Origin: Paraspadella gotoi
Lineage: Eukaryota; Animalia; Chaetognatha
Assembly (NCBI GenBank): GCA_051294375.1
Contig: CM119266.1
Coordinates: 27,204,718 to 27,268,717, forward strand
DNA: 64,000 bases
Direction of reading: 5' to 3'
The notes beneath the pieces are model-generated. The model was not told where the DNA came from, did no database searches, and saw only the letters and a program-made list of their open reading frames with translations. Of this stretch, positions 35,901 to 49,800 are shown piece after piece (the stretch's first letter is position 1; every line of letters starts with the position of its first letter). Position numbers and translations under genes: made by a program.

Positions 35901-38900
35901 CCTCGCTATAAGCCAAGAACGATTGGGAGGGAATGAGGGGGGGGAATTGGGGATAAAGGATCGGACAAAGAGTAAGGTTAGGCAAAGTGGGGGGCGGAGG
36001 GAAACGAGGGGAGGGGATCGGGGAGAAAGGATTGGACAAATGAGTAGGGTTAGGCAAAGTGGGCGGGAGGGAACGAGGGGGGTAACGGGGAGAAGGATTG
36101 GGACAAATGAGTAGGTTTTAGGCAAAGTGGGGGCGGGAGGGACGAGGTGAGGGAACGAGGGGAGGGAACGGGGAGAAGGATTGGGACAAATGAGTAGGGT
36201 TAGGCAAAGTGGGGGCGGGAGGGAACGAGGGTGAGGGAACGAGGGGAGGGGAACGGGGAGAAAGGATTGGGACAAATGAGTAGGGTTAGGCAAATGGGGG
36301 CGAGAGGGAATGAGGGTGGGAGGGAACGAGGGCGGGGGGAATGAGGGGGGAACGGGAAGAAAGGATCGTGACAAATAAGTAGGGTGAGGTAAAGTGGGGG
36401 CGGGAGGGAACGAGGGGGGGGGACCATGGGGGGAAATGAAGGAGAAAAGGATCGGGACAAATGCGTAGGTTTAGGCAAAGTGGGGGCGGGAGGGAACGAG
36501 GGGAAGGGATCGGGGAGAAAGGATTGGGACAAATGAGTAGGGTTAGGCAAAGTGGGGGCNNNNNNNNNNNNNNNNNNNNNNNNNAATGAGGGCAGAGGGA
36601 ACGGGAGAAAGGATTGGGACAAATGAGTAGGTTAAGGCAAAGTGGGGGCGGGAGGGAACGAGGGTGGGAGGGAACGAGGGAGGGGAACGGAGGAGAAAGG
36701 ATTGGGACAAATGAGTAGGGTTAGGCAAAGTGGGGGCGGAGGGAAAGAGGGTGAGGGGAACGAGGGAGGGGAACGGGAAAGGGAGAAAGGATTGGGACAA
36801 ATGAGTAGGTTTAGGCAAAGTGGGGGCGGGAGAGGGAACGAGGGGAGGGGATCAGGGAGAAAGGATTGGGACAAATGAGTAGGTTTAGGCAAAGTGGGGG
36901 CGGGAGGGAACAGGGCGGGGGAACGATGGGGGGACATGGAAAAGGATTGGGACAAATGAGTAGGGTTAGGCAAAGTGGGGGCGGAAAAGCGAAGAGTTCT
37001 TTCTCGAGGTTTTCATTGTAGGGTGGATGACGGAAAATATCACAGGGCCTCGCTATCAACCAGAACGGAGAGAAAGGATCGGGACAAATGAGTAAGGTTA
37101 GGCAAAGTGGGGGCGGGAGGGAATGAGGGGGGGTAACGGGGAGAAAAGGATTGGGACAAATGAGTAGGTTTAGGCAAAGTGGGGGCGGGAGGGAACGAGG
37201 GTGGGAGGGAACGAGGGGAGGGGGAACGGGGAGAAAGGATTGGACAAATGAGTTAGGGTTAGGCAAAGTGGGGGCGGGAGGGAAAGAGGGTGGGAGGGAA
37301 TGAGGGAGGGGAACGGGGAGAAAGGATTGGACAAATGAGTAGGGTTAAGCAAAGTGGGGGCGGAGGAAAGAGGGTGAGGGGAACGAGGGAGGGGAACGGG
37401 GAGAAAGGATTGGGACAAATGAGTAGGTTTAGGCAAAGTGGGGGCGGGAGGGAACGAGGGGAGGGGATCGGGGAGAAAGGATTGGGACAAATGAGTAGGT
37501 TTAGGCAAAGTGGGGGCGGGAGGGAACGAGGGCGGGGGAACGAGTGGGGGGGACATGGAAAAAGGATTGGGACAAATGAGTAGGGTTAGGCAAAGTGAGG
37601 GCGGAAAAAGCGAAGAGTTCTTTCTCGAGGTTTTCATTGTAGGGTGGATGACGGAAAATATCACAGGGCCTCGCTATCAAGCCAGAACGATGGAGGGAAT
37701 GAGGGGGGGGGAATGGGGATAAAGGATCGGGACAAATGAGTAAGGTTAGGCAAAGTGGGGGCGGGGAGGGAACGAGGGGAGGGGACGGGGAGAAAGGATT
37801 GGGACAAATGAGTAGGGTTAGGCAAAGTGGGGGCGGGAGGGAAAGAGGGTGAGGGGAACGAGGGGAGGGGAACGGGGAGAAAGGATTGGGACAAATGAGT
37901 AGGGTTAGGCAAAGTGGGGGCGGGAGGGAACGAGGGGGGGGTAACGGGGAGAAAGGATTGGACAAATGAGTAGGTTTAGGCAAAGTGGGGGCGGGAGGGA
38001 ACGAGGGTGAGAAGGGGGGGGAACGGGGAGAAAGGATTGGGACAAATGAGTAGGTTAGGCAAAGTGGGGGACGGGAACGAGGTGAGGGGAACGAGGGGAG
38101 GGGAACGGGGAGAAAGGATTGGGACAAATGAGTAGGGTTAGGCAAAGTGGGGGCGAGGGGAATGAGGGTGGGGGGAAACGAGGGTGAGGGAACTGAGGGG
38201 AGGGGAACGGGGAGAAAGGATTGGGACAAATGAGTAGGTTTAGGCAAAGTGGGGGGGGGGAACGAGGGGAGGGGATCAGGGAGAAAGGATTGGAACAATG
38301 AGTAGGTTTAGGCAAGTGGGGGCGGGAGGGAACGAGGGCGGGGGGAACGATGGGGGGGACATGGAAAAAGGATTGGGACAAATGAGTAGGGTTAGGGCAA
38401 AAGTGGGGGCGGAAAAGCCGAAGAGTTCTTTCTCGAGGTTTTCATTGTAGGGGTGGATGACGGAAATATCACAGGGCCTCGCTATCAAGCCAGAACGGAG
38501 AGAAAGGATCGGGACAAATGAGTAAGTTAGGCAAAGTGGGGCGCGGGAGGGAATGAGGGGTAACGGGGAGAAAGGATTGGGACAAATGAGTAGGTGTTAG
38601 GCAAAGTGGGGGCGGAGGGAGACGAGGGGGGGGGAACGAGGGGAGGGGAACGGGGAGAAAGGATTGGGACAAATGAGTAAGGTTAGGCCAAGTGGGGGCG
38701 GGAGGGAAAGAGGGTGGGAGGGAATGAGGGGAGGGAACGGGAGAAAGGATTGGACAAATGAGTAGGGTTAAGAAGATGGGGGCGGGGAGGGAAAGAGGGG
38801 TGAGGGAACGAGGGAGGGGAACGGGGAGAAAGGATTGGGACAAATGAGTAGGTTTAGGCAAAGTTGGGGCGGGAGAACGAGGGGAGGGGATCGGGGAGAA

Positions 38901-41234
38901 AGGATTGGGACAAATGAGTAGGTTTAGGCAAAGTGGGGGCGGAGGAGAGGGAACGAGGCGGGCGGGGGAACGATTGGGGGGACATGGAAAAGGATTGGGA
39001 CAAATGAGTAGGGTTAGGCAAAGTGAGGGCGGAAAAGCGAAAAGTTCTTTCTCGAGGTTTTCATTGTAGGGTGGATGACGGAAATATCACAGGGCCTCGC
39101 TATCAAGCCAGAACGATGGTGGAGGAATGAGGGGGGGGAATGGGGATAAAGGATCGGGACAATGAGTAAGGTTAGGCAAAGTGGGGGAGGGAACGAGGGG
39201 AGGGGATCGGGGAGAAGGATGGACAAATGAGTAGGGTTAGCAAAGTGGGCGGAAAGAGGCGGGGGAGGGGAACGAGGGAGGGACGGGGAGAAAGGATTGG
39301 GAACAATGATGTAGGGTTAGGCAAAGTGGCGGGCGGGAGGAACGAGGGGGGTAACGGGGAAAGGATTGGAACAGAGTAGGTGTAGGCAAAGGGGGCGGAG
39401 GGAACGAGGTGAGGGAACGAGGGAGGGAACGGGGAGAAGGATTGGGACAAATGAGTAGGGTGAGGCAAAGTGGTGGGCGGAGGGAACGAGGTGTGAGGGA
39501 ACGGGGGAGGGGAACGGGGAGAAATTTGGACAAATGAGTAGGGTTAGGCAAAGTGGGGGCAGAGGGAATGAGGGGTGGAGGGAACGAGGGCGGGGGGATG
39601 AGGGGGGGAACGGGAAGAAAGGATCGGTGAAAATATAGTGGGTGAGGTAAAGTGGGCGGGAGGGAACGAGGGCGGGGGGACCATGGGGGGAAATGAGGAG
39701 AAGGATCGGGACAAATGCGTGGTTTAGGCAAAGTGGGGGCGGGAGGGAGGGGAAGGGATCGGGAGAAAGGATTGGGACAAATGAGTAGGGTTAGGCAAAG
39801 TGGGGGCGGAAAAGCGAAGAGTTCTTTCTCGGGTTTTCATTGTTTGGAATTTGGAAGGACACGACGTGGGCATCTCTCTCTTTTCCCTCCCGCCCCCACT
39901 TTGCCTAACCTTACTCATTTGTCCCGATCCTTTCTCTCCGTTCTGGCTTGATAGCGAGGCCCTGTGATATTTTCCGTCATCCACCCTACAATGAAAACCT
40001 CGAGAAAGAACTCTTCGCTTTTCCGCCCCCACTTTGCCTAACCCTACTCATTTGTCCCAATCCTTTTTCCATGTCCCCCCGCCCTCGTTCCCTCCCGCCC
40101 CCAACTTTGCCCTCACGCATTTTAACCTCGGCCCGAATTCCCTGGCGTTATTTTCCTTCGGATTCTAATCGCTTCACTTATCTTCTCATTGTTTCCTTCG
40201 TTCGTGTCGGGAACAAAAGGGAAAGGGATGAGGGCAGAGGGGTAAGGAGACCGAGAAAGGGGAAGAGGGGTAAGGATACTAGGAAAGGAGTAAGGAGACT
40301 AGGAAAGCAAGGGAAAGGGGATGAGGGCAGAGGGGTAAGGAGACCGGGAACCGGGAACGTGCGGGGAGAGGAAAGGAAAGAGGAAAAGGGTAAAAAGAGG
40401 ACCAAGGTTTAGGAGTCTGGGAATGAGGAAGAAGGAAGAAAAAGCGAAAAAATAAGACACTTCAATACGAATTTACAAAATCAAAAAACATGGGGGTTTG
40501 CCCAATGAAGGAAAAAGTGGGTAAAAAACCGATCATGATAACAATTGCTTCTGAATATTGTAAAAAAAACGGAAAGGAGATGTAATGAAATCAAACTCGA
40601 TTGAATTTTATCCCATTAAAAGTATGAATCGGATTCTAAGAAATAGAATTAGGAGTGAGAAAAAAAGAGGAAAAAAAAAACAGAATAAAGAAGAAGAAAG
40701 AAATAGAAAAATAGCGTCGAATAAAAGGGAAACAGTTTCTTTTGTCGAAAATAAAAAGGACCGAGTGGAAAGGCCGAGGAGCGGAACGGGTAAGGCCAAG
40801 GGGCCGAGTATTGGAATCGATGAGGCCGTCGAAGGCTGCCGTTTGGGTCAGTTTTAAAAAGGGAACAAAAGAAAGCTTTTGCGAATGTAAAAGGCAAAAA
40901 AATAGCCACCATATGTTTTCGAAACGCCACGAAATCTCAGTTATATTTTTAATATTATCTTTCGCTCAACTTTTTTAATCTCCATGGCTACAGAGCCGCG
41001 TCCGGTAGCGGCTTCCACCGCAACCAGTAGACCCGCATTTTCTGGGCGGAAAGAAGAAAAACTTCGGCTGGCCTTCGACATTTAATAGAAAAAGAAAAAA
41101 AAAAGAAAACTAGAGAGAAAAGAGGGGAGAAAACTGTGAAGTGTGAGGAGGAAGGGCGAGAGAGAGAAAAGGGTTAAGGAAGTGAGAGAAAAAAAATTTT
41201 AGCTCCGATTCCCACCTCGGGTTTGATAGCCACT

Positions 41235-41301
<67 letters not shown>

Positions 41302-41856
41302 CCTCCCCCACCTCATTTTCTCACCAACAAAAGGGAAATGGGTCTAAATGGTTTTTCTTCTTAAGACGAAGGCTGCAAAAACCTGTGAAAGAACTTTTCA
41401 CTGCGACGGGTTTTTTTTCTTCTTCTTTTTCGATCCGCGATCTTCTGTCGGTGAGACGTGAGACGAAGAACGTCGAGATGCAACAACAACAACAACGACA
41501 ACGAGGTCTTCTCTGTCTACATTTCCTCTCAGCAAAACGCTGGGGTCTTCTCGGTTTCAATGAAACTGGGTTCTAACTTTATTTGAATTTAATCTAACCT
41601 TTACCTAATTAATTTTCATACAATTGAAACATTCTTTGAAATATTTTCCACTTCATTGATAGGGAAGCCAGGTACTCTGGGAGTGAATAAACGAGACTGT
41701 GAAAGAGTCTTGATTGAAAACTTGCAGGGACCTGCTATGTCATTATCTTGTAAGAGTGATGGAGGCCTTAAACCACCAAAGCCTGTCCAAAGTCAGGGGC
41801 AAGATAGCTTATTTATTAAATGAATGGATAATTTTTATATTGGTTGTACCAATTTC

Positions 41857-41920
<64 letters not shown>

Positions 41921-44900
41921 TAAAATAATAATAATTTAATTTAATTGAATATCTATATTCATATCTAGTGAGCTGCTGAGCAAAAAATTAATTCAACGTA
42001 ATTTCTCTGTTTATAAATGTAATCGTATTTTCCTTCATCGACGATATGTTGATAATCGCAAAGTCATCGTTCCTCCTCGTCGCATTTAATCAGCGACGCT
42101 TCTTCACCTACGAAATTTATAATATGAAATTTAAATCTAATCGGTAACATCTCTTTATATATTCATATTCATATATTAATTAATTTAAAAATTTTCTTTG
42201 TTAACAGAGGTTTAAAACATAAATGTAATTATAAACTAAACTTTTTAATATAAAACAATTTAAAAATATAATAAAACAAGTAATCATGTAACTTTCACAA
42301 TACATAGACTCATAGTCATAGTGTTTCAGTCAATAATTGTCCTCTGCCAACCACCCCCCCCCCCACTTTCAGTCTTGCACCCCGATTCCGCATCTCACCC
42401 CCGCCACCCAACTTCCTGCCCCCGTTGTGTTTCCCTTCATTATTGTCGCGGTCGTCGGCCTCTTCTTCGTCTTTGTCTTCGTCGTCGTCGTCGTCGTTGT
42501 CGTCGTCGTCTTCATGGAGGTCACCGCCCGATAAAATATACGTCCGGAGATTATATTGCGTCAGACTTTAGATAATATGGCTCGAATCAATTTATAATTT
42601 TTTTATATTATTAAGGACGTCGTAGTCCAAAAAAAAAAGAATTTTACAACCAAAATAAACTGCCTGAGATGTCAAAAATATCTTAGGACTGGCGACAACA
42701 ACAAGACCCAAAAAGACGACATCCTCTCCCACGACCTCTGTGCTCCTTCCCTCCCCGGAATCTCGTCATTCGACGTCCATGATGAAAATCCGCAGACAAA
42801 AGGCGTCTCAACCGAACTCCGTCGCCGGATTAAGTATCTCGATAAAAAGTTTCCGGCGGAAAATGAAACGGGAGATGAATTTGGGATCCGAACGGAAAGA
42901 GAATGAAGAATGAATTGGGATGAACGATAGAATGGAAACGAATGGAGAATTGGTGAATGAGTGAATTGATTAAGTAAATGATGTAATGATAAGTGTTAAT
43001 GACAGAACCGTTCAATATATAAGCAGTTCCTGAGCTTCGGATCAGGTTGTAACACCTAGTTACAGGCGGGTTAAGCGCCCCGTCCCTCTTAACTGCTCGG
43101 CGGCCACCGGGCTAGAACCCCGGATCTTGGGGTTGGGAGGCGAATGACTTGCCTCCGGCACCAATGGCCGCTGATGGAGTGTTGGTGGATTTTAGTCCAC
43201 CATAGTATTAAAAAATTTTAATTAATTTAAAAAAAAAAAACTGAAAATACAGTCAAGTAAAGACGAATAAATTTTACAAAAAAAGCCAGTGAGGAAAAAA
43301 GTGTAATGACTTTTGCATGTAATTAATATTCGATGAATTTTTAAATAAAGAAGATTCAATATATGTCGAGAAATAACTCAGAAAAATACAGTACTAATCG
43401 TAATGTGTTTTGAATAAAAAGTCGAGAAATGACTTAGAGATTTAAGGAACTTGAGATTTTTTTGTTCGTGACGCTTCATTTTAAATTTTCTGTGGGCCGA
43501 GATCCGGAAAAGCGATTTGCCCCTGTCTTCCGATTTTCACTAATCGGCCATTACACTGAAAGTCGCTCCTCGTTTGTCGTCTTTGTCGTCTTCATCCTCA
43601 TTCTTCGTTGTCGTCGGTGTCAGATAATGGAGAGCCGCTGCCGTCTTCGTTAAACGTCGTCGTTATCGTCGTCATCTTCGTCGTCGCTGACCTTTTTAAA
43701 AGAAAATATTTTATCATCACCTCGGAAAGACAGTTTCCTGTCGTCGTTGTCGTTTGTCGCCGAAGTTGTACTATTGTGGTTATCATTTTAATTATCTTCG
43801 TCGTCGTTGTCGTCATCGTCATCGTCGTCGTAATATGCATACTGCATAGTCGTCGTGACCATTACCTTTGGAGGAGACTCGTTTTACTTGGAATTGATGG
43901 CTCCTTCTTTTTGGGCTGTTGTCTAAAGAAAAGAAAAGAAAAGAAAAGAAAAGAAAAGAAAAGAAAAGAAAAGAGAAGAGAAGAGAAGAGAAGAGAAGAG
44001 AAGAGAAGAGAAGAGAAGAGAAGAGCAGAGCAGAGCGGAAAGAGCTTTGACTTTGAGTAGAAAAATTACAAAGTGCAGAGCCTTTAATCATATTATTATT
44101 AATATAGAAATTAAATTAAGTTTTTCAACTATAACTACTACCGGCCATTGTATATAAGCAGAGGATCTGCAACGAAAACGTAAAAAAGTATCGTCGAAAA
44201 TTTTTCCACGCTCCTGAAAATCCCGACAATTCTGAGTTCCTACTTTACGGCGACTCCTCGGCTCCACGCCTACAAATGCTCGTCGTTTTCGTTGTAAAAA
44301 GGATTTGATGACAATGGTCGATTCGTCTTTGTCGTTTTTATTACCGTCACAAATGTCGTTTTCTTCCTCAGCCTTGTCATTCTTTTTTCCCTATATTGAG
44401 TCACCTAACTTATTTTCTCATTAAACCATAGAGTAGAATTAGTAGAATTAAAGTAATGTCTTAAAATTTAGTTAAACTAGTTATGAGTAATTTAAACTTT
44501 CGTACAAATGAATCTCCGAGAAAAGATTCATTTATTAAATTATAAGATATAGTTGCTTTTGTTATTTTACTTAAACTCTTTCTTCTTTTTTATTTCTTTT
44601 CCTTCTTTTCTTCCGCCATCTTTTTCTCTTGAAAAAAGGTTCTTTCGGTCGATGCACCTGCGACGAATAAATGCATTTCTTTGGATTTATTTTATTTTCT
44701 TGTCTTGTATCAAATTTCTGAATTCAGATAAAGGAGTCAATACTTAATACAAATGCTGTTTTAGTTTAATTTCATGAAAAGGTACTATACAACTTTATTC
44801 AATGTCAGAGAATATTGACTGAAAGCTTGAAGAGGCCTTAACATAAACACAGGCCGTCTAAAGTCAAGTGGAAGCTAATAGCTAATTTATTGTATGAATA

Positions 44901-46819
44901 GATAAATTTTTTTTGGTACCACTTTCATATTCCACTTGGAGCAGCATCCAACTGGTCTTTTCCTTTTCCTCCTTCGCCTCCAATTCTGTTTTGCGGCGGC
45001 AACCAACTGATGGCATCGATTGATGGCACCGTTTCCGCCACCAACTATTTCCCTTTGAATTAGAGACGAGGAACGGACAATAAAGATTCGGCCCCGCGGT
45101 CGGTTCGGAAGAAAAGGGGGGAGAGTTGGGGGGAGGCGGAGGAGGGATAAGAGGGAAGGGGAAAGGAAATGGTTAGAGAGAAGACTAGAGTAGAGTAGAA
45201 AAGAAAGTCGAGAACCTTTTAAAGGGACCTAGGAAGTCGAGAGTCATTCCTAGAAATAGAATAGTACTATCTAGGAAAAAAGTTAGAGACATTTTTTTTT
45301 AAAAGTTCATTTATTCAATAAAAAATATACAAAACATGGGTAAACATTCTCAATATTTGGTATGCCCTCCCTCGGCATCGACCACTGCCTGCATTCGTCT
45401 GGGCATGCTCTCGTAAAGCGAATTTGAGGTACGAAGGTGAAATGTTTTTTCCACACCTTTAGCGCAATTTTTTTCAGCCCCGATGTTGATGTTCCAAGTC
45501 TATTGCTGATGATTGTTGCGTCTTTCCCTCTTTTCTCAGAGCTACAATTGCACCTTATGAACCAAAGAGAGGGGCTGTCTATTCGGCATAACCAAATTTA
45601 AAAAATGAAAAAAATAATTAACTCAATTTGAAATAAAACAAATAACTCAATACCAAGATTGTGGAAAACTAAGGCGATTTTTTCCGCCATTTTTCACTTG
45701 AGGTAGCAATCTTATTTTGCCTCTAACTTCTATACGGTTGGATCTACGAAAAAATGGAAAGGGAGCACTGAAATGAAATTTAGTGTAGAATCTGAAACAT
45801 CCTGATTTTTTATAAAATCGAGCAAGTTTTCGAGTAGATATCCTCAATTAAAATGTTTCTAACTTTTTTCCTAGATAGTAGAATAGCGAGAAATGCCGTT
45901 TTGCAAGGAGTCAGATTGCAGTTAAAGTTAAAAAATCAGAAGTCGTAAATTAATATGGATATCTAGCTTTTGAACCCCGTCACTATCCTATGATATACAT
46001 ATCTATGATAAATATCTTTTGCTAAAAGTTTTGTTAGCCAAAATATAAATCGTTTGCCCCGCACTGTATTCTTTTTTATAGGCGTAATCAGTAAATAAAG
46101 ATTCGTCTGATCTTTTATCATTAAACTGAAACCTCAAGACGCGCCTCCACCGATTAATTTTTAACCCGACCCACAGCTCCTTCCACACCATGCCCCCCAC
46201 ACCCCCTCCACACCCCAACGTCATCGCCCACGATTCCTCTTGTCCTCGCGAGATCAAAAGGTGAAATGGAGATAAATGAAATTTGGCTCAATCATTATCG
46301 GGATTTATTCTCTCGCCCACTCTTCATCAAAAAAAAAGAAGAGAGGGAGAGAGAGGAGAGAGAGAGAGAGAGAGGGAGAGGGGTTAAGTCGAGTGTGGCA
46401 TTTTTGATTTTTAAATATCATAGTTTGTGATGAGGGATTAAAATACTTTACCTATTTCATGTAAATAAATTAAAAAATTAAAGATATTAAATCATTGGTT
46501 GAGGAATAAAAAACGTTGCGCGGAGATGAACAGTCATTTTATTAAAAAAGTATCTGGGTTGAAAAAGAAAATTCCGGGCAGAATCTAGCAACGATTTATT
46601 TAATAGAAGCAATAAAACCCGGAGCATGAAATTCGCAGTTCGGTTTAAGCGAGAATCCTTTTTTCAGAGCGCAGTTCTGTGGCCTTTTTAATTGTGGCTT
46701 TTGTTTTTCTTTTTCTTTAAANNNNNNNNNNNNNNNNNNNNNNNNNATGAAGAGATCAGGGGCAAGAGAGCTTATTTATTAAATGAATGGATAATTTTTT
46801 ATTTGGTTGTACCAATTTC

Positions 46820-46850
<31 letters not shown>

Positions 46851-46856
46851 TATATA

Positions 46857-46894
<38 letters not shown>

Positions 46895-49800
46895 TAATTA
46901 AATAATATAATTTAATTTAATTGAAAATATCTATATTCATATCTAGTGAGCTGCTGAGCAAAAAATTATTCAAACGTAATTTCTCTGTTTATAAAGTAAT
47001 GCGTATTTTCCTTCATCGACGATATGTTGATAATCGCAAAAAGTCATCGTTCCTCCTCGTCGGCATTTAATCAGCGACGCTTCTTCACCTACGAAATTTA
47101 TAATATGAAATTTAAAATCTAATCGGTAACATCTTCTTATATAATTCATATTCATATTATTAATTAATTTAATTTTCTTTGTTAACGGAGGTTTAAAAAC
47201 ATAAATGTAATTATAAACTAAACTTTTAATAATAAAACAATTTAAAAATAATAATAAAAAAACAAAGTAATCATGTAACTTTCACATACAATAGACTCAT
47301 AGTCATTAAGTGTTTCAGTCAATAATTGTCTCTGCCACCCCCCCCCCCCACTTTCAGTCTTGCACCCCGATTCCGCATCTCCACCCCCGCCACCCCAACT
47401 TCCTGCCCCCGTTGTGTTTCCCTTCATTATTGTCCGCGGTCGTCGGCCTCTTCTTCGTCTTTGGTCTTCGCGTGCGTCGTCGTCGTTGTCGTCGTCGTCT
47501 TCATGGAGGTCACCGCCCGATAAAATATACGTCCGGAGATTATATTTGCGTCAGACTTTAGATAATATGGCTCGAATCAATTTATAATTTTTTTATATTA
47601 TTAAGGACGTCGTAGTCCAAAAAAAAAGATTTTACAACCAAAATAAACTGCCTGAGTAATGTCATATCTAGGACTGCGACAACAACAAGACCCAAAAAGA
47701 CGACATCCTTCTCCCACGACCTCTGTTGCTCCTTCCCTCCCCGGAATCTCGTCATTCGACGTCCATGATGAAAATCCGCAGACAAAAGGCGTCTCAACCG
47801 AACTCCGGTCGCCGGATTAAGTATCGTATAAAAAGTTTCCGGCGGAAAAATGAAACGGGAGATGAATTGGGATCCGAACGGAAAGAGAATGAAGAATGAA
47901 TTGGATGAACGATAGAATGGAAACGAATGGAGAATTGGTGAATGAGTGAATTGATTAAGTAAATGATGTAATGATAAGTGTTAATGACAGAACCGTTCAA
48001 TATATAAGCAGTTCCTGAGCTTCGGATCAGGTTGTAAACACCTAGTTACAGGCGGGTTAAGCGCCCCGTCCCTCTTAACTGCTCGGCGGCCACCGGGCTA
48101 GAACCCGGATCTTGGGGTTGGGAGGCGAGATGACTTGCCTCCGGCACCAATGGCCGCTGATGGAGTGTTTGGTGGATTTTAGTCCACCATAGTATTAAAA
48201 AATTATTTTAATTAATTAAAAAAAAAAACTGAAAATACAGTCAAGTAAAGACGAATAAATTTTACAAAAAAGCCAGTGAGGAAAAAAGTGTAATGACTTT
48301 TGCATGTAATTAATATCGATGAATTTTTAAATAAAAAAAGATTCAATATATGTCGAGAAATAACTCATGAGAAAAAAATACAGTACTAATCGTAATGTGT
48401 TTTGAATAAAAAGTAGAGAAATGACTTAGAGATTTAAGGTCGGGATCACTCAATTCAATTATAATTTAGGCTAAAACCAAGCATCGGATTTCGAAAGGAG
48501 AGCTCCCTGACGATTCCGAAAAATGTATTCACTTTACTATTTTTTTCAAAGCGTCATCGTTTTTTCGATTTTTTTTGTACTATATAAAATAAAAAAACCT
48601 ATTTGAAGAGTTTGCAGATCAAACGGTAAGGCGGTTTCTCATGAAATTTGGCATGAATTATCTTTAGTCACGGGACTCCAATTCTATGAAAGATCTTTCA
48701 AAATTTGCCTTCCTTCATATGAAAATTTATTATTTAGTCAATTTTTGGATTAATTCCTTGATATCTTTGAACGAAAAAAAGTTTTCCAAAAAAAGCGCTC
48801 ATAGAATCTTCCCACCTTTCCTTTCTTGCCCAGATATTTTTTTTCTTCAAGAAGAGTCCCAGTTGAGCTGCAACTCTCTTCGTTTTTAACTTCTCTTCGT
48901 CAAGAAAGTTAAATTCTGTACTCATACTCTGCAAGATTCACCACAACATACACAAACAGGATGTGATGATGGGTTGTTCAACGCGATTCTTAAAAAAAAA
49001 CGGCTTACGTTTTTAAATTCTTATCCAGTTTTTTGTGGACTAAACGCCACAACCGTTCTCAGCGCCATTGTGCTGGAGGCAAGTCATTCCTCAACCCAAA
49101 TCGGTTCTAGCCCGGTGTGTACTGGCATTAGAGGACGGCGCTAACGCGCTGTAACATGGATGTTAAGCCTGATCTCGAAGTCAGGGACTGCTTACATTGA
49201 ACGTTCTATCACTAACCATAAAATAATTACTGTCTTTCAGTTTGATTTTTTTTTTTCAGCAAGATTCCCTAGAAGAAATAGGGCAACTATAAACATTTAC
49301 ATAAAGTAAAAAGTCAAATGAAATAAATTGGATAAGTTTTTAACCTCATTAAAACTCATAAAAGCATAAAAACCCGTCTGGAAAAATGTGTAGATAGTTA
49401 TTTTAAGACTTATTAGTGATACAACTCCAAGTACGGTTACTTGCACAAAAGAAAATTGAAATATAAGAAGTAGAAATTGGAGCTTGCTGTAAAGAATCAG
49501 TTTTTAAGTTAAAAATTTGGTTGTAAAAATTTACCTTACATTTTAAAAAATATTTTTCTCTTGAAAATCTAGTTTTTGCCGAAGAAAAGAATTTGTTTAA
49601 ATTTTTATGAACATTTTAGGTAGATTTTTAAAAGTTTTCAAAGATTTTTAATAGAAAACCTCTTATGGGACGCGAGAAATGAATTAATATACATTAAATT
49701 GAGATTTCTACAATTTTAGGTTGAGTGATCCTGGCCTTAGGAATTGAGAATTTTTTTTGTTCGTGACGGCTTTCATTTTAAATTTTCTGTGGCCGAGATC

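Noticed and set aside
33500-39860. Conserved repeat plus variable spacer (CRISPR-like), and many Pro-rich ORFs (PTLPNPTHLSQSF)
   Set aside because: The linkers are low-complexity G/A variants of each other, and the ORFs appear in all frames with constant frameshifts; these are translations of a satellite.
45500-45530. Hammerhead ribozyme core CTGATGA
   Set aside because: No stem II followed by GAAA and no flanking helices found.
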